Shown: one piece after another, positions 11,701 to 26,700 of the stretch
How positions within the stretch are numbered: position 1 is the stretch's first letter
How the letters are laid out: each line of letters opens with the position of its first letter
Assembly (NCBI GenBank): GCA_963924565.1
Contig: OZ004612.1
Coordinates: 12,586,001-12,650,000 of the forward strand
Direction: 5' to 3'
Length of the DNA: 64,000 nt
From: Ascidiella aspersa
Taxonomy: Eukaryota
The notes under the pieces: generated by a model
The model's database searches: none
Told to the model about the DNA's origin: nothing
Seen by the model: only the letters and a program-made list of their open reading frames with translations
Translations under genes and position numbers: made by a program

Positions 11701-14700
11701 AATATTCGCCATTTATTGCGGTTTGGACAAAAAATGACTTTGCAAACCTTTTACACATGAAACAAACTTCTAGTAATGAGATTGATATATTGTGAATGTG
11801 TTACAGTAGTTGTTCAGCAAACGGGTCATACAACCAACGCTTCTAAATTCGCTGAAAATTGCAAGATCACGAATAAAAATCGTTTTCTACCCATTCACAG
11901 GGGCTCGTACAAGTGGATGTCGGCGGCCCACATGTCTATCCGGCCCAATCAGGTGAACCGGAAGCGTCGCAAGGTGTCGCTGGTGTTCACCCACCTGGAG
12001 CCCGAGGAGCTCGCGATCCACATTTCCTATCTCGAGTACAAGAGCTTCCGGCGACTCACGGTGAGTGGGATAACTTTGTATATTATATCAAATTGTCGAA
12101 TCGTTTACTTGGCGATGTATTTGAACGGCTCGTGATTAGTCTTAGTTTGGTCCTTCTATCGCCAAGGCAGTCGATTTTTAAGTATCATAAAATGTCGCTT
12201 TGTCTAAATTTACAATTATGTTTACCTTAAATGGCTCTCTTCACTAAAAAATTGTAACTGAACAGACATCTTATCCTGTTATCTTACTATCTTACAAGAT
12301 TTACATTTTAAATCTATATGAAATAATAGCTGTGAATCTCCTAAAATGGAATCTGAATAGATGGGAACATACTTCTTCTGCCATATTCGGATTACGTTTT
12401 GTATACTACCATAAATGTTTTTTTGAACACTGAATCTGGACCCTTTTGCCTTTCGTCGTTTTCCGTTTGCATTTATTCTTGTCGTATTTTGTGGAACTAC
12501 TAAAATCCCTCGTTAGTTCCAAAAGGCAGCGTGAGGTCATCCGCTGGCCAAAAGTTGTCTCTACCTAGAAGCGGGTCGATCTAGTATTCTAATTTTGGCT
12601 CAAAGTGACTCAGTCTTTTTGTATATTTGGCAAAGGAATTTTGATCCAAAAATAGCGCCTTTCTGTCGTCTTGAATTCTGTCGCGCAATTAGACCTAAAA
12701 AAGAAACGATTTGCGATTAATCGGGAATACCCTCGCGAGAGTTTTAACTAAAACGAAAAAGCCTCGCTTCGGAGAAGCTAAAATGCGAATGTCTAAACCG
12801 TGTGACGGCCGTCTGGCGTAAATGGGGGTGTGTCGGGGGCGTGCGTCGCACTCCGCCAAGTGGACAGGCCACCGGTCACGTTGTAGCCAAATCCTTTTAA
12901 GCCGGTTTACCTTGTCGCTTTACGAGCGCCCATCCTTCTATCTTAGTTTCTCTCTTTCCAACTACTCGGCCATTGAAATCCCTGTTTTGGTAAGTTTTTT
13001 TTTGTTGCCAGAAAAATGGACGCTAACTATAGCAAATAACCGAGAAACCACGTGAACCAAATTTGAAGAACCATCAGCGTAAAAGTGAAAAGAATATAAG
13101 GATGAAACATGCATAAATTATAAAAAAAAAATCTGCGCGTAAACATGCAAAAAAGAGAACAAAACGACGTAAACATGCCAAAAAGATGAACGAGGAACGT
13201 AAACATGCGGTAAAGAGAAAAAAAAGATCGGCGTAAACAAGACGACGAATTGGCCTCGCGTCAACTACACAGGCGAACACTATGAGCTTTGCATAGCGGC
13301 CCGTCGCCGTTGCGCTTTGCGTCATTGGCGGAAGCGTCGTCGCTTTGCCGCGAAACGCTGACGCTTTTAGCGTTTTGTACCAAAAAACGTCCGCCAGTCC
13401 GACTTAATCGAGGCGTTCGACGCGCATTTGTCTTTTATGCGGGATGTTGGCATTCGAGCGTACTAAAATTTCATTTTAACTGACGTTCAAAGCGCTACTG
13501 CGTAAAACCCTACGCTCGCAGTGTTTGTTTGTTCGTGTTTTGTTCGGATCGCACTAACTATACGTTTCCCAATTGAAGTAAACGTTCTTCTTCAATACTA
13601 TACCGTAAGCGCAGTCAATCATCAATAAGAACGAATCGCTTTTCAGCAGGATAAAAACTTTCGCGTCAATGAAATTTAAACCTTAGTGATTTGATTATGT
13701 CGAGTATTTATGCCACCCGTATGCATATTTTTCATATTTTGTTGGACCTGTTTGTCAACTGGCCTCTTTTACAAACCATCCTATTTCCAAAAATGCTCCT
13801 GGCATGACTAATTCACCTGTTTGTCGCACGACTGTTGCAACAATATTTGCCCACGCCTTTGTGCAGCGTTCCTTGCATACCCGCATGTATTTTAGGTGGG
13901 CGAACGCGCCACTCGACCCATCGTGTTGTTTGTCGTAAATACATAATATTATTTGCATATGCCACATCGTTGGTATCCGTCATTATGCTGCAGAAAAGAC
14001 ATGTGATTGATGTGTGATCGCTTAAAATGACTCGTGCGCTTTTGTAGCTGCAGGTCTTAGTCCCTGAAACAAAGAACAATCCAGCAGGCGTTTTTTTGCT
14101 GAATTATAAAAAATCGGCGAACGTTGCTTCTTCAGGTCGTATGCGATTTTATACAAACCGCACTAAAACAACATGCCGCCCCGGTCGTAAAAGAAATGAA
14201 ATGTGTGCGCATTTTGCAAGAAAACATCTGACTGGCTCGTTTTTGCAGAGTTTGCATGCGGCGCGCACGTCAAAGTGACGTAATATAATCTATCGATTTC
14301 TCTTTATCTGCGCCCGCAATGCATGCTAAACCCGTATGCGCCGCTGCCTCTTTTGGCCAAGAGGCTGTGGGGGTTTAAAGTGACGCGAATCGAGATACAC
14401 TTCGCTATTATTTATGCGGACAAAACAAGTTCAGTCACGCACTCGACACAATCTGCCACCAAATACGCATGTTTTTGCTGCTTTGGTCACGTGTTTAGTG
14501 AACTGTTTCGCTCTAAACATGTTTTATATATGTCCAGTGAGCTCTTGGACCAATATCGCACCCTTCTAAGTAAGCCAATTAGCCAATATTTCATGTCAAA
14601 TAGAAGTGTTATTCATATCGTTCAGATAAAACGATATATCGAAATTCTCTCGCTATGCTCACTTAAAAAAACGCAAACGTAGATGCTTGGTAAAGCTGAC

Positions 14701-17700
14701 GAAACACAAGTAAAAATGACTCGTATCAAATTTAAATATTCCGGAAACATCATAAAACTTTCCTTTCCAGGTGTTTTTTCATAAATAGAAGTATTTCTTA
14801 AACGTCGAGCTTGGAGTCATGTACTTTAGGTCCACATCCCTCAAATACCACTTACAGATACAAAACGCTGATGGCAACTCGTTCAGTGCCATTGGGGCAA
14901 CAAGCAAGCAGACTTAAACAACTAGATAATCCTTTATTTCTAATTCGAAAATTAGAGCAAAATGCTTGTGAGATGAAATTGCGATTTAAATAAAATTGAA
15001 GGTGAATAATTAATTGTCATTCTAGTTCAAATTCTGGTTTTAAAGAATTCGGTAATTTTAATTCCAATCTAATTTGAAAAAAGCAAATTTATCTAATTCT
15101 AATCCAATTTGGAAAAACTGAAATGCTACAATTTTAATTTTAATCCAATTTAAAAAAAATATATCTTCTAATGCCGAAGTCTGAGCACAAGCGGTCAGTA
15201 AAACGACCACGAGCACCTTTTCTGACCCACTCTTCCGGCGACGCTATTCCTTTTTAAAGCGAAATCATTGTAGGTTTTTAACCCCTATGTTTGTTTCAGC
15301 TTTCCGACTTTCACAACTACGCGGTTCACGGCGTGATCAAGGACAACTTGAAGCTGGAAAGGGCCGTCTTCCTCTTCAACAACATAACGCACTGGGTGCA
15401 ATGCATGGTGCTCGACCACAACAAGCCGCAGGAGCGGGCCGACGCAATCGTAAAGTTCGTTGCCATCGCCAAGGTAAGATATGATAAGTTCTCGATTCAA
15501 AGTTGCCATCTTTCTTGTGTACACGCGGACTCCAGACATAAGACCGAGATAAGAACAATAGCAACGTCAGAATAAAACACCATTCGGAATAAGGCCAAAT
15601 TTGGACTAATACCTAATAGTATTAGTACCGTCTAAATCGGAATAAGTCCTAAATCTGTCGGATTCAGTCCTAAACAAAATTTCAACTAACCCCAAACCCC
15701 CCACCCCTAAGTACATCACTAACTCCCATAATAATTTCAACACTAACCCATTTTCTAATCCCATCCATTATCCCCTCAATAACCCCAAACAGGACCAAAA
15801 TCCGTTTTATAGATTTTTCTGCTTTAGGTATTGACGCTTTGTAGGTCTTATTGTGTGTCCCGTAAACGCCTGTTATATGCAATTCACGCCTCCTTGTCGT
15901 TCAACGTAAAGCATTTATGCTTCCCCCAAGTAAATTTTAATTTTCAGCAACCGCATTTTTCATTTCAACGTTTATACATTATTTTTGTCTTTTGGTTCGG
16001 TTTCTTACATGCTTTTTACCATTTCACCACAGCCTCAGGGTTCTATGGCTACAAAAATCCTTTGTGCAGATTGGAGGCGAACGGTTTTGCTGATTTGTAA
16101 TTTGTTAATGAAAAATCGACTTGTTTTACAAGCATAGTCTAAAAACACCACACAATCATAAGCAAATTATCAAACGTTTTTAGAGCAAGGTGCTACTTAT
16201 AGTTTCCAAAACAACTTAAATTTATCTATCCGTGGCGGTTTTTCATGTAAATAGACTCCTACTGTAATAATATTTTCTTTGTTTTTCTCTTTCAGTTGTT
16301 TACGATTAACCGTTTAAAATGCAAATCAAGGACGCCCACGCATGTTCGGTAGGGCAGTTAAAGTTAATTCTGTGTCCCGATAGTATTCAAATCGCCCAGT
16401 TACCCGAGAACTCCAGTTAAAACAACACGGGAACGGAAATTAATTTGCGCTATGCCAGGGGAAGGAAAGACTGCGAAAGTCCAATTAAGGAGATGTATTT
16501 ATGCTGGACCACGAGCCGTTCGATCATTTCCGCTTACCCCAACATGCCAATATAACATGCTTATAGTCGTGTCAGGTGCGCGTGCATTACAGTCAGAATT
16601 TTAGTGTCTGGTGCCATTTTTGTGCCCTTAAAAATCGTGCAGACCGCTGTTGTAATGTCGACAATGATGAAGCACGCATTTAATGTTTATATCGATTTCG
16701 CACGTTCCAGAAAACTTGGTCATTAGGATTGTGAAAATTGGTCTACATGGCTATCTTTTAGGGTTTTTTACGATCTCGACACCGAAATACTGTCCGTTTT
16801 GCGACATTCGCTACATGGTTTCTTGTAAAAAACTACGAAAAAAGAGCAATATTTATTCGCAAAATGGGTTAGGCTTAACAGCGCATCGTTTTTTTTTATT
16901 TAAATTCAAGACAAATGACAAGCGACAGTTTCCTTTTACATCGGGTCTCGTGCAACGTTATAACGAAAATATAACCTGACCTACACTTAGCTGTGCTTCC
17001 AATTATCGCTATTTTTGTGGAGTTTCTTAAAACAAGCGTGCCACGGCGCTCACCCCAAATTAGCCAGACGCGCGTACTCTGGCTGGCTTCTAAATCGGGA
17101 GTTTTCTTTTCGAATTGCCGAAGAGACGCAATGCGTTGCCAAAATTCTGTCCATTAGCGTCTGTCCGCGAACAACTGACATTCGAGAACCGCAAATGTAT
17201 ATGTTAAGACTTAGAAACATATTAGCAGTAGTTTGTGGTTACGCCTATTTATTTCATTGTTGGCTCGTTTTGTGGTCAATACCAAGTGTGAAGCTTGTCC
17301 GTTAATATATACCTAAAACAGTTTTTTGAGCTTTGGCTTTAATGGCCACTGAGAAAAAATGTTTTTTCATTCTAGTACCTATTTGTAAGTACTAAACTAC
17401 TAGAAATAGACTTGTTTCGGGGATCGTTTTCGAAATATAAGAGACCGTTTTAACACCTTAAAAAACTAGTAATGATACATATTTCAAAAAAAATTTACTC
17501 GCATTTTTAAGTGTTGTTTTTAAGTGACATCAACCTCTACGACCGACAGCAAACTTGGACTATTCAATGAAACTGAAAAAAAAAAAACAGCCCAATCAAC
17601 AAACCCTAACCTTCTGTTGTGTGATCGCAGAAACTGCACGCTATGCGCAACTTCAACACGTTGATGGCCATCGTGGGAGCGCTCACCCATACCGCCATCG

Positions 17701-20700
17701 CTCGGATGAAGAAGACAATGTCGGTCGTGCCCAAGGACACCCTCAAGGTCGGCTGGCTCACAGTTATAAAAACATTTATTTATCGAAGCTGATTTCGCAG
17801 TTCTTCCGCCTTTTTTATGCGTTCGAGCTTGGCTCGTGAAATTTATTACCGCGAGCTCGACTCCTGGAAACAGGTGGTGGCCTTTTCGCCCGTCAAGTCC
17901 TGGCGCGACTGTGCTGTCTTTTGTGCAAAGCTAAATTTGTCGCAGTGAAAACGTTTCTGCCTTTACGTCAAACCGGTCAAATGCCGGAATTTCTTTATGC
18001 CACTTTTATTGAAATATGCCATATAATCCTTTTTGGCGTTTTCAGCGGTAAAACTAATCCTAAAGAATGCTAGTCCGTTATATGAGTAAATTGTGGTTTC
18101 TTTTTTTACATATTATTCTAGCAAACTTTAATATATTGGGTTAAATAAAATTTGTAGGTTTGGGAGATGTACATACAATAGGCTTGGTAAAAGTAGTTAA
18201 AATGAGCACCAAATCGATACGACCTACTCTAGCTTCTTTAGATTCAAGATATGTTCTTTATAGCAGGATTCACGAATCCGCCGAATTTCACGAAAAGGTA
18301 CTATACGTCAAATCGTACAGTCTTTGTCCGCAGTGCTCAAATGTTTAAAGTCACGAGTTATAAATGGGGCTATATTCTTTTTGTTTGCAGACGTTAGATG
18401 AACTCGTCGAGCTTCTGGACTCGAAGGCAAACTACTGCGCATACCGACGCGCATACCAGCAAATCACCAACGAGTTCAAAATACCCGTCGTGTAAGTACA
18501 TATTTATATTTGAAAATAGTAAGCATATTATATTGTACATTTACATATTATATAAGAATGGTCGCTTCAGAAGTTGCTCATTATAGAACACCGGAAAAGG
18601 TATTTGTTGGGCACGGCAATCAGTAGACCGATAAGAATTTGTTTGCAAGCATGGCATTGGTAGATAGAAAATTTAGGGTGCGCGATATTTATACTTGGCA
18701 AAAAAATCATATGTATTATTGTTTGGAACTAGGATCAGATACTTGAGGCGTAATATCTCTGTATTTCTTGCGTTTCCAAATCTTGTCTTTCAATACCGCT
18801 TTCAACAAATAAACTGTCCTAAATGTCCTTCTCCCCGAGTATAAAATGATCCTACTGAACTCTCGCGCATTCCAACCTACGAGAATAGGCCGTTTTGCTT
18901 TTGTCGTCTAACAATCTTTAAACGGGCCTCGTCTTTTGTACGCAGTGGCATCCTAATGAAGGATCTGATCGCCCTGCACGCCGCCTACCCGGACCGGGTG
19001 GGAGATGAGCTCATCAACGTGCGGAAAATGATGATGATCGGCGGCATTTTTCAGGTCAGTTAAAAGGCGCTAATCTTGTTTGGAAATATTCACTTTAAAT
19101 TGAATAGTTGTCTGATTGAAACGCTTTTGTTAAGACCCCGTTTTAAAACAACGGTATTTGGCCAGATCTTCCCCGACTGACTGCTTTCTTAAAGAAACTA
19201 TTGACGTTTAAGGAAACTTTTAAACTTTTATAAAGTATTGGTCGTAGCTACCAAGTCGGTAGGTCGTAAGTTTGAATCTCACAGCCGACAAACACTATCA
19301 ACAATTTCTGTTTTTTCCCAAAGCGACCAAACAAAACCTCACGTAGTATATCGGTATGCGCCGCGACAGTCGCTCGGCATGGCTGTCTAATTGGGGTGTC
19401 TGCGCATGTTTTTCGATCAACTCCACACATCCCCAAAACGACCTAAACCCAACGTATTCTCGCAGGAACTGACTGCGCTGCAACGCACGCCTTTCCCGTA
19501 CGAGGTGAACCGCGACCTGGTCAACACCCTACGCGTTTCGCTTTACCTCAATTACAGTGAGGAGGAAATTTACCAGCTGTCGGTGGTGCGCGAGCCGCGC
19601 GACGTCAAGCATAGCACCTCAGGAAATGTGAGTGCCAAATAAGCCTGCTCCGCTGAGGCTATCGTAGGGCTAGGGCCACTCCATCATACACAGGGCATGA
19701 AATGCTCGGAAACGCATAAGCGTACAGACTTAGCTCTTCTGCGGGGATAGAAATGTCGGGCTTTTGCTTGGCGTTTTTACTTTCGCCTGCTTCTCTGTTT
19801 AGCTAACCTTTGGCAAACTTGAAAAAAGTTAAAAATGAAAACAAAACAAACTAAATTTACTTGAATTTTATCTGGTTCGAATAACGCCAGTTGTAGTGCA
19901 CATTTCCCACTAAAAAAATCGACAAAACTGTTGAAGTATTTGTTCTAAATATTTTATGTGTGTTTTAAACGCAGCGATCACTTGCATTCTAATACCGTTA
20001 CCAAGTGTGTTTTTTTCATAAATACATAGCTTTGCCACAAGAGCGGAAAATTATGGGTTTTCGCCATTTATTTTGCCTGACGCTTTGTCTCGTTTCGTCA
20101 TATGGTGTTGAAAAACAGGCAGGCGTCTATGTGATCAAAAATCCATTATGACACCTAATTTTTTTGGAAACCTTAGAAAGTGCGTTTTTCATCTTCTGTT
20201 GTCTCCCCAATCGTTTGCCTTCCGCTTAATCGCCTATTCCCGATTTTTTTATTCGGCTAAAGCATTGTTTGTTGTTATGGCGAAGGATATCAACATACCG
20301 TTTTGCGCCCCTTCAATCGACCGTTCACCCCCAAATTACTTAACCTTTCCTCGTTTGCTTTGCAGGGCACCTCGCCTTCCCGCTTCATCAACATGGGTTT
20401 CGCAGAGTTTGCTCGCTACACCTGCCAGCTTGATCGTGAAACCATCAAGGAACACGTCAACGCTATGGTCCAGGTCTGTATGGCGTTCGTCAATTGGCCT
20501 CGAAGTCGCGCTTACAATGTATTTTATTGGGACAAGAATCTTGACATGGTGCCCCAACATGCCTAACTGAGATTTTTCGCCGGCCGACAGGATCCGGTTA
20601 TACACGCTTGTGACCTCGTTCAAAAAATATTAATGTTTTTTGCCGTAATCGCTAAAAAAATTAACTTCTCCAAAATGGCTGGTAAATGGTACGCTCGGGT

Positions 20701-23700
20701 TTAAAACAAATTCTTTCGCAATTCATTTTAAATTTAAAGGTTAAAAAATCTTTGGCGGCCATAACCGCGATAAAGGCGAGCAAAATAAAATCCACGCCAA
20801 ATGCCTGAATAAAACCGCATTCACCAAATTTGAACTGACTTTGATGCAAAACCTTTTGCGCAGAGCGTCTTCAAAGCCTACGACCTAAACGCCGACGGGT
20901 TCATCTCGGAAGCCGAGTTCGAGTCCTTCATCCAGAACTTTCCTGGGCTCGACTCCTTCGCAACGGTCGACAAGGACCAGTAAGTGTGACTATATACTTT
21001 CGTCGTTTCCCCGTAAATCGTCCCGTCGCGCCGCGCGAGCTTGTAAGTCTTGACAGCTCACGAAAGGTGTCGGGAGAAAATCTTTGGTTTCACACCTGGT
21101 CTGAACGCGGCCTTATCCCGCTTTTGATGTTGTAATCTTGCAAACGCTTAAAGCCCGATCGCTGAAGCAAACAAGGATTGCGCATTGCTAAGCCAAGCTG
21201 TATAGGGGATTTTTGTTAACCGATCAATGTACATTGTACATTGTACCAAGATCACGTATACAACACCGAAATAAGCGACCGCGCAAAAACAGCATATCGA
21301 AATAGTTTTCTAATTAAACCTTAACCCCGGTAGCCAAGTCTACCCCTCATTCCGCACCCATCGTCCATTTTCTCTTACCCGTTATGCCTTTTAAACCATT
21401 ACGCCTTTTACACTTCCTTGTTCGTTTCTTGAAAAGCTTCAAATGGGCTCTTTTTTTGCTAATTTTTTTATGCCTAAAACCAGCCAATGGAGATTGTTGG
21501 AGTCGCGTTTTAAGGCATTGTTTCTCTATAAAATAATCGTGGTAATTAGTTGTGTTTTTTTAAATCCAGTGATGAAAAAAACGTTTATGCAAGCGCTGTA
21601 TGTAGAATGAATGTCCAACTTAGTAAAGTAGCAGTTTAAAATAATTTTTAGTCTTTGTAAATATATACAATACACGCACCATGGTAAAATTTAATAAATT
21701 GACTATGTTGAAAAAAATTAACGAATTATTCTTAACTTTTAAAATCACGTCTCACTACAACCTCCATCCACTATGTTCCAAGCGTTGTATGACTGTTATC
21801 GTTATTCTCACACTTAAAGAATCGTGCCACGTACAGGGTTGAACAAGCGAAAATAATCAAGCGCATGAACAAGCGAAATAATCAAGCCCCTAAAAAAATG
21901 CCTCCTCGGCGTCTATTTCGGTCTGCGCCGATGGCCTGGCGTCCGATTGTGGCGTAAACAACCTCCCCGTTGCTAATCCGGGCGCGTCGGCGTGATTGAC
22001 GACTCGGATTGCTCGGCCGCCCAAATTGCCACTGTTTTTCTCGTTTTTGTGGGAGCGATTCGCGCTACACACCCACCCCATCATGTTGTTGTTGTCTCAT
22101 CTTTTCTTGCTGCTCTTTTTGGACCTTCCATCAGGCTTTGAAATTTTGTTTCGTCGGACAAACGCAAACGTAAACACAGCCGGTCCAACTGTATTTTAAC
22201 GATGTACCGAGCCTGCACGGAAATAGGAATCGCATTTATCTCGCAAAGCGACAAAATCAAATCAGACTTTTCGGGGAAAAAGCCTCCGTTTCCACCAAAA
22301 TCTAGTACTCGGCATTAAGGTCATATACCTCCACATTTGAAACTATATAGAGGTGACTTAAAACGCATTATGATTCTGGGGGGGGGGGGGAGAATTGCAG
22401 ATCTTAATATTGGGGTAGACGTACTCTTGAACGTTCCACGAACTAATCCCCTTGTTTATTTTTTCTAAGGTATCAATAAGGAAAATGTGCTTTTACCGTT
22501 CGAATGTAAAATGTTCAAATTTCCGTTCGCACGTTTTCAGATGGCATCGCCCAAATTGGGGGAAACGATAAGATACCGATAAGATTTTCTGGGCGGCCTT
22601 TTTAGTCGAATCGTGGACCTCAAGGTGTACGTGTGATCGCACAAACGGTTTGTTAACGACGTTGTTGTACTTTAACTCTATTAAACTCTCAGCTTCCATT
22701 CTGGGTCTAAACAAAATGCGATCCGTCCCGATAAGAAAGCATGGGTTTTAGCGCCGTCTTGCGGTAATTTTAATTGTACATTGTTCTTTACCAGGGATGG
22801 ACGCATCAGCATGGCCGAGATGCTGGACTACTTCCTTAAGATCAGCTCGACGCGGCGCAACGAGTTCACGCAGAGCTTCAAGCACGACTTTGTCGAGACC
22901 AGCTACTTTCACCCGACGTTTTGCGAAGAATGCGAAAAGCTGGTAAGCGGCTCATTGTAAAAAAATCGCGAGACAAACTAATATAGTACGGCCAAATAAG
23001 ATGAAGTGCAAAAGCTGCCTAAAGATGTCCAGTGCCTAAATACGCTGTTTTATTATCAAGTGAGCCCGGCATCTGCCACTTGAGGGACCAAAATTGTCTT
23101 TCTTGTCGTTCTCACATTGATTAATCTTTCAATAATTAAGAACCACTCTTTAAATTAAGAACCACTCTTTTTTAAAAATTGTTAAGGCAGGATCCCCAAT
23201 ATTTCTAAACTTACATAAGAAATTTTCTCTGTTTGTCTATAGCTATAAATTATGTAAGTGATACTCATGTTCACGTTTAATCACTTGTGGATTTGTTTCA
23301 CCACGCTTACCATCATAAAAACAAGTTTTTTTCTTTTTTTCAGCTCTGGGGCTTGGTGAAGCAAGGATGGAAGTGCAAAGGTGAGCGCATTTTACCTATA
23401 GTTAAGAAAAAAGTCTCCCGACTGATTTGTACAGTGTACTGTACTGTACAGTGCACGTAATGGTTAGGCGAGTGATGAGGCAATATGGTGACACCAAAAC
23501 AAACGCTAAATTTAGACTCGCTTTGTTAGTTGCGTTTGTCGCAAATACTCACGCGCGCCAAGCGTCCTTATTCCAGCCCCAGGGCGCGGGAAGTAACCGT
23601 GACGTCATCGCGCTTACTGACGTCACTGCACTTAAGCCCGTCGCCGCCAGGTAAAACGCACGCCTGGCCGCCTTTGATATGACCTATAACGTTTAATCGT

Positions 23701-26700
23701 TGTTTCGTGTTACCTACTGCTACTGTTTAGTTGGCGGAAGTCTGTGAGATTAGGTCAGGGTTTAGTGACACTTTGACGTTTGTGGCAGCAGCGCTGTAAA
23801 TCGCCGACCCAGCTGTGCTATATTGTAAGGAAAGTAGCTTAAGGTGATTAATGCGATAGTGGCAGCTTTATAGTCCTGGTGTTCATGGAACTGTTTATTG
23901 TTGTAGGAACAGACTATTTGATATTTTGTATATGCATTTTACTTATTGGTTATTTAGTCTTGCACTATGTGTTTACTTCGAGGTCAGTATAGTTGCGCAA
24001 GGAAATTAAGGAGTTTGGGTATGTGTGCAATAGAATAGGTGCGAATGTAAGACAAACAGAAAAATGAAGTTATATGTAAGAAACTTAGTCGGACCGTTAT
24101 TTATAGTGTGTTGTGTGTGAGTCGGTGACAAAATACAATCTTCGTATAATTTTGCAAGAAGTTTGACCTTCTACAAAACAGGGTTTTGACCTACTATTAT
24201 CTTTTACTGCTAAACTATGTAAACGTTGTAAGTTTTACAAGATTTATACTTATTGCGCTCAAGCTTTGTATTGGAACAATTTGTGTTTCACGTATTCGGA
24301 TTACGTGAATAGCAATATGTTATTAACTTTAGCTAGCGCTCCATTGTAGATCTCGTACTAAACAAGCTTCGCTGCGTCGAAATACACCGGGAAGGATTTC
24401 TAAATAAATATTTCGCGTACATTTTAGGTTGTATATTTTTTTGCCGTTTATTTTTGGTAAACTAATCATGGAACCATAAAGCCACTAAGTGTCAGGTTTA
24501 TTAAAATCTAACTCCGAGGGTGGGACGTGTTGATCGATACTTTTTTGGAGTGTTGCCCGATCACTCGAATCTTGGGCAGAGCAGACGTGGAAATTCTCGC
24601 CCCCCGTAGCAAACACACGCAACAACATTCTAGCCTTAATATTTTTCTGTTGCCAAGAGCAAATCTAGTCGAAAATTTCGGCAAAATAAAGAAAGTGAAA
24701 TACCTGTGGCTTTTTTGTCAGCGTCCGCTCGATTCTTCCGCGAACCGTGTTTTCCCTCCCGCGGCCACGTATTGCTCCAGCTGTCGTCGTTTTCCGTAGG
24801 TTTTAAAACCGGCAAGCTTCCACCAGCCTCAACAGCAACTTCCCTGTGACGTAACAATGGCGTGCTGTGATCGTGCGTCTTTCAAACGAGAGTGGCACAG
24901 CAGCCTTGCAGGACGAAGCGCCGAGCTCAGCACATAACTGTATGTTGCGCGCGCTTACGTCAAGCCCTGAATGCTCAATTCACGTTTTCAGCACGCGCTT
25001 GCGCACTTACCCATTCCGCTGGGGCGGAGGGCCGCAAGCCCATAATATAGTTGGTTTACTATTATAGACAGTCGTAGTTTTGTTGTGAAGTGGCAACTGT
25101 TCGATGGCTACAGACAGGGCGTGCTTTTGTTGTTAACTTTTTAGTTCAGTTTAAAAGCAGTAGAGCAGTTAAAGCGTGGATATTGACTCCAACTCTACTC
25201 TTGCGATTCTATTGAGGTGTGTTTTATAAAACAAATCTCAGGCAAGAATGTATTTTTACCTTTCGTTTTATCTCCGTAACTTTTTGTCAATAAAAATATT
25301 CCAAAATGTATGGTAAATTTAATGCATAAATACGCTTTTTATTATCAAGTTAGTACTTGCGGGTATAAGTAGGCCTAGGCAGACAAAAATTTGTCTTATT
25401 TTTTAATTTGAATAAGTAGAAAAATCTATATTTTTTTAGCCGAATCACATTTTAATGTTTCCGCCGTATAACGCTGGCACAATTTATTTTTCCTACATGA
25501 GTAAGATCTCTGATTAAGGCTCTCGATCTTATCACTGCAAGACAGAAATGGCAGTTTCTCGATACCACCCCAACTCAGCGTTTCGTGTCTTAACACGAGA
25601 CATGACAAGCGCAGTGTGCCAAATGTGGGGTCGCGACGCATTCTAAAGGCGCACGATCGAGGTCAACATCCTCATAACTCTGACACCTCGCACTTTTGAC
25701 ATGAACATATTGCTGGTCACGATTGTAAGCTCAGATAAAAGGCAAGTCGGCTTTGCGTGCGGCGAACTACAGTGTGACATGTACAGAGTCGTGACAAGAC
25801 AATGGCACTGTAAAGTCAGAGTTGTAGTCGGAATTGACAGGACGAGTTGTAGCACGTAGTAGCTCCCAACGCCGGTTGGTAATTTATTCGCGACTTACTC
25901 GCTCATCTCTTTGCCAACTACTGTTTCAGCTCGACAGAAAGGAATATATAGAGGCCTATTTTTGGACCGACAAAAGACGCAGCCTCTTCCTTATTGGCTC
26001 TGTTTTTACGTAGGCATGCTTTGCATTTTCTGCAGGAGTTGCGCCGGCTAATTGCTTTAGCAGGTCAGTGGCTTAGAAACCGTCGTTGATTAATTGCAGG
26101 TTTGACAGTTTCTATAAGAACGACTATAAGACCCTACTACCGAGGCCAACGGTTGTAACAGCAGCTCTGCATTGAAGTGCTCGCTGGCCTTTCTTTCGGC
26201 GTCCGACGAAAGTCCACCAGCCTCGCTTCTACGAACTCTTATGTTTTTAACCAAATTCGTGACCGGCTTTGCTGCGTCACTACGGTTCAACCGAAGCGAT
26301 GCAATTACGCCGCCGGGCACGCTTCGCCCTTTGTGTACCATGCAACCGCATCAGACTTTAACGCAGCGTTGTCCAACCGGCAGCGGTGATACTATACGGC
26401 TAGTGTGCCGACGCAAAAAAAACGGACCATCGGCATGTGCCGATTTACCACCGGTACCTATAGCGAAATCGCATTAGCGTTGGTAAACCGGTGACCCGGA
26501 ATTGAGCGTGAGGTTACGAAGCCAGATTAGCCGTGTAACTATAGGATTTCCAGAATGTAGTATAGGTAACTTTTCAAAGATGCGTCTCTTCAGTTCACAT
26601 TTTAGTGCTCGCTTTAAAAGGAAATGTTTGTTTGAAGGTCACTTTTTGAACGGATATTTTAATACTTTTTTGTTTGTGTCGTGCAAAGGACAGGCACTTA

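Noticed and set aside
21839-21888. Two-copy ~25-bp tandem duplication (similar cases near 23153 and 27746)
   Set aside because: Ordinary local slippage duplications in introns.
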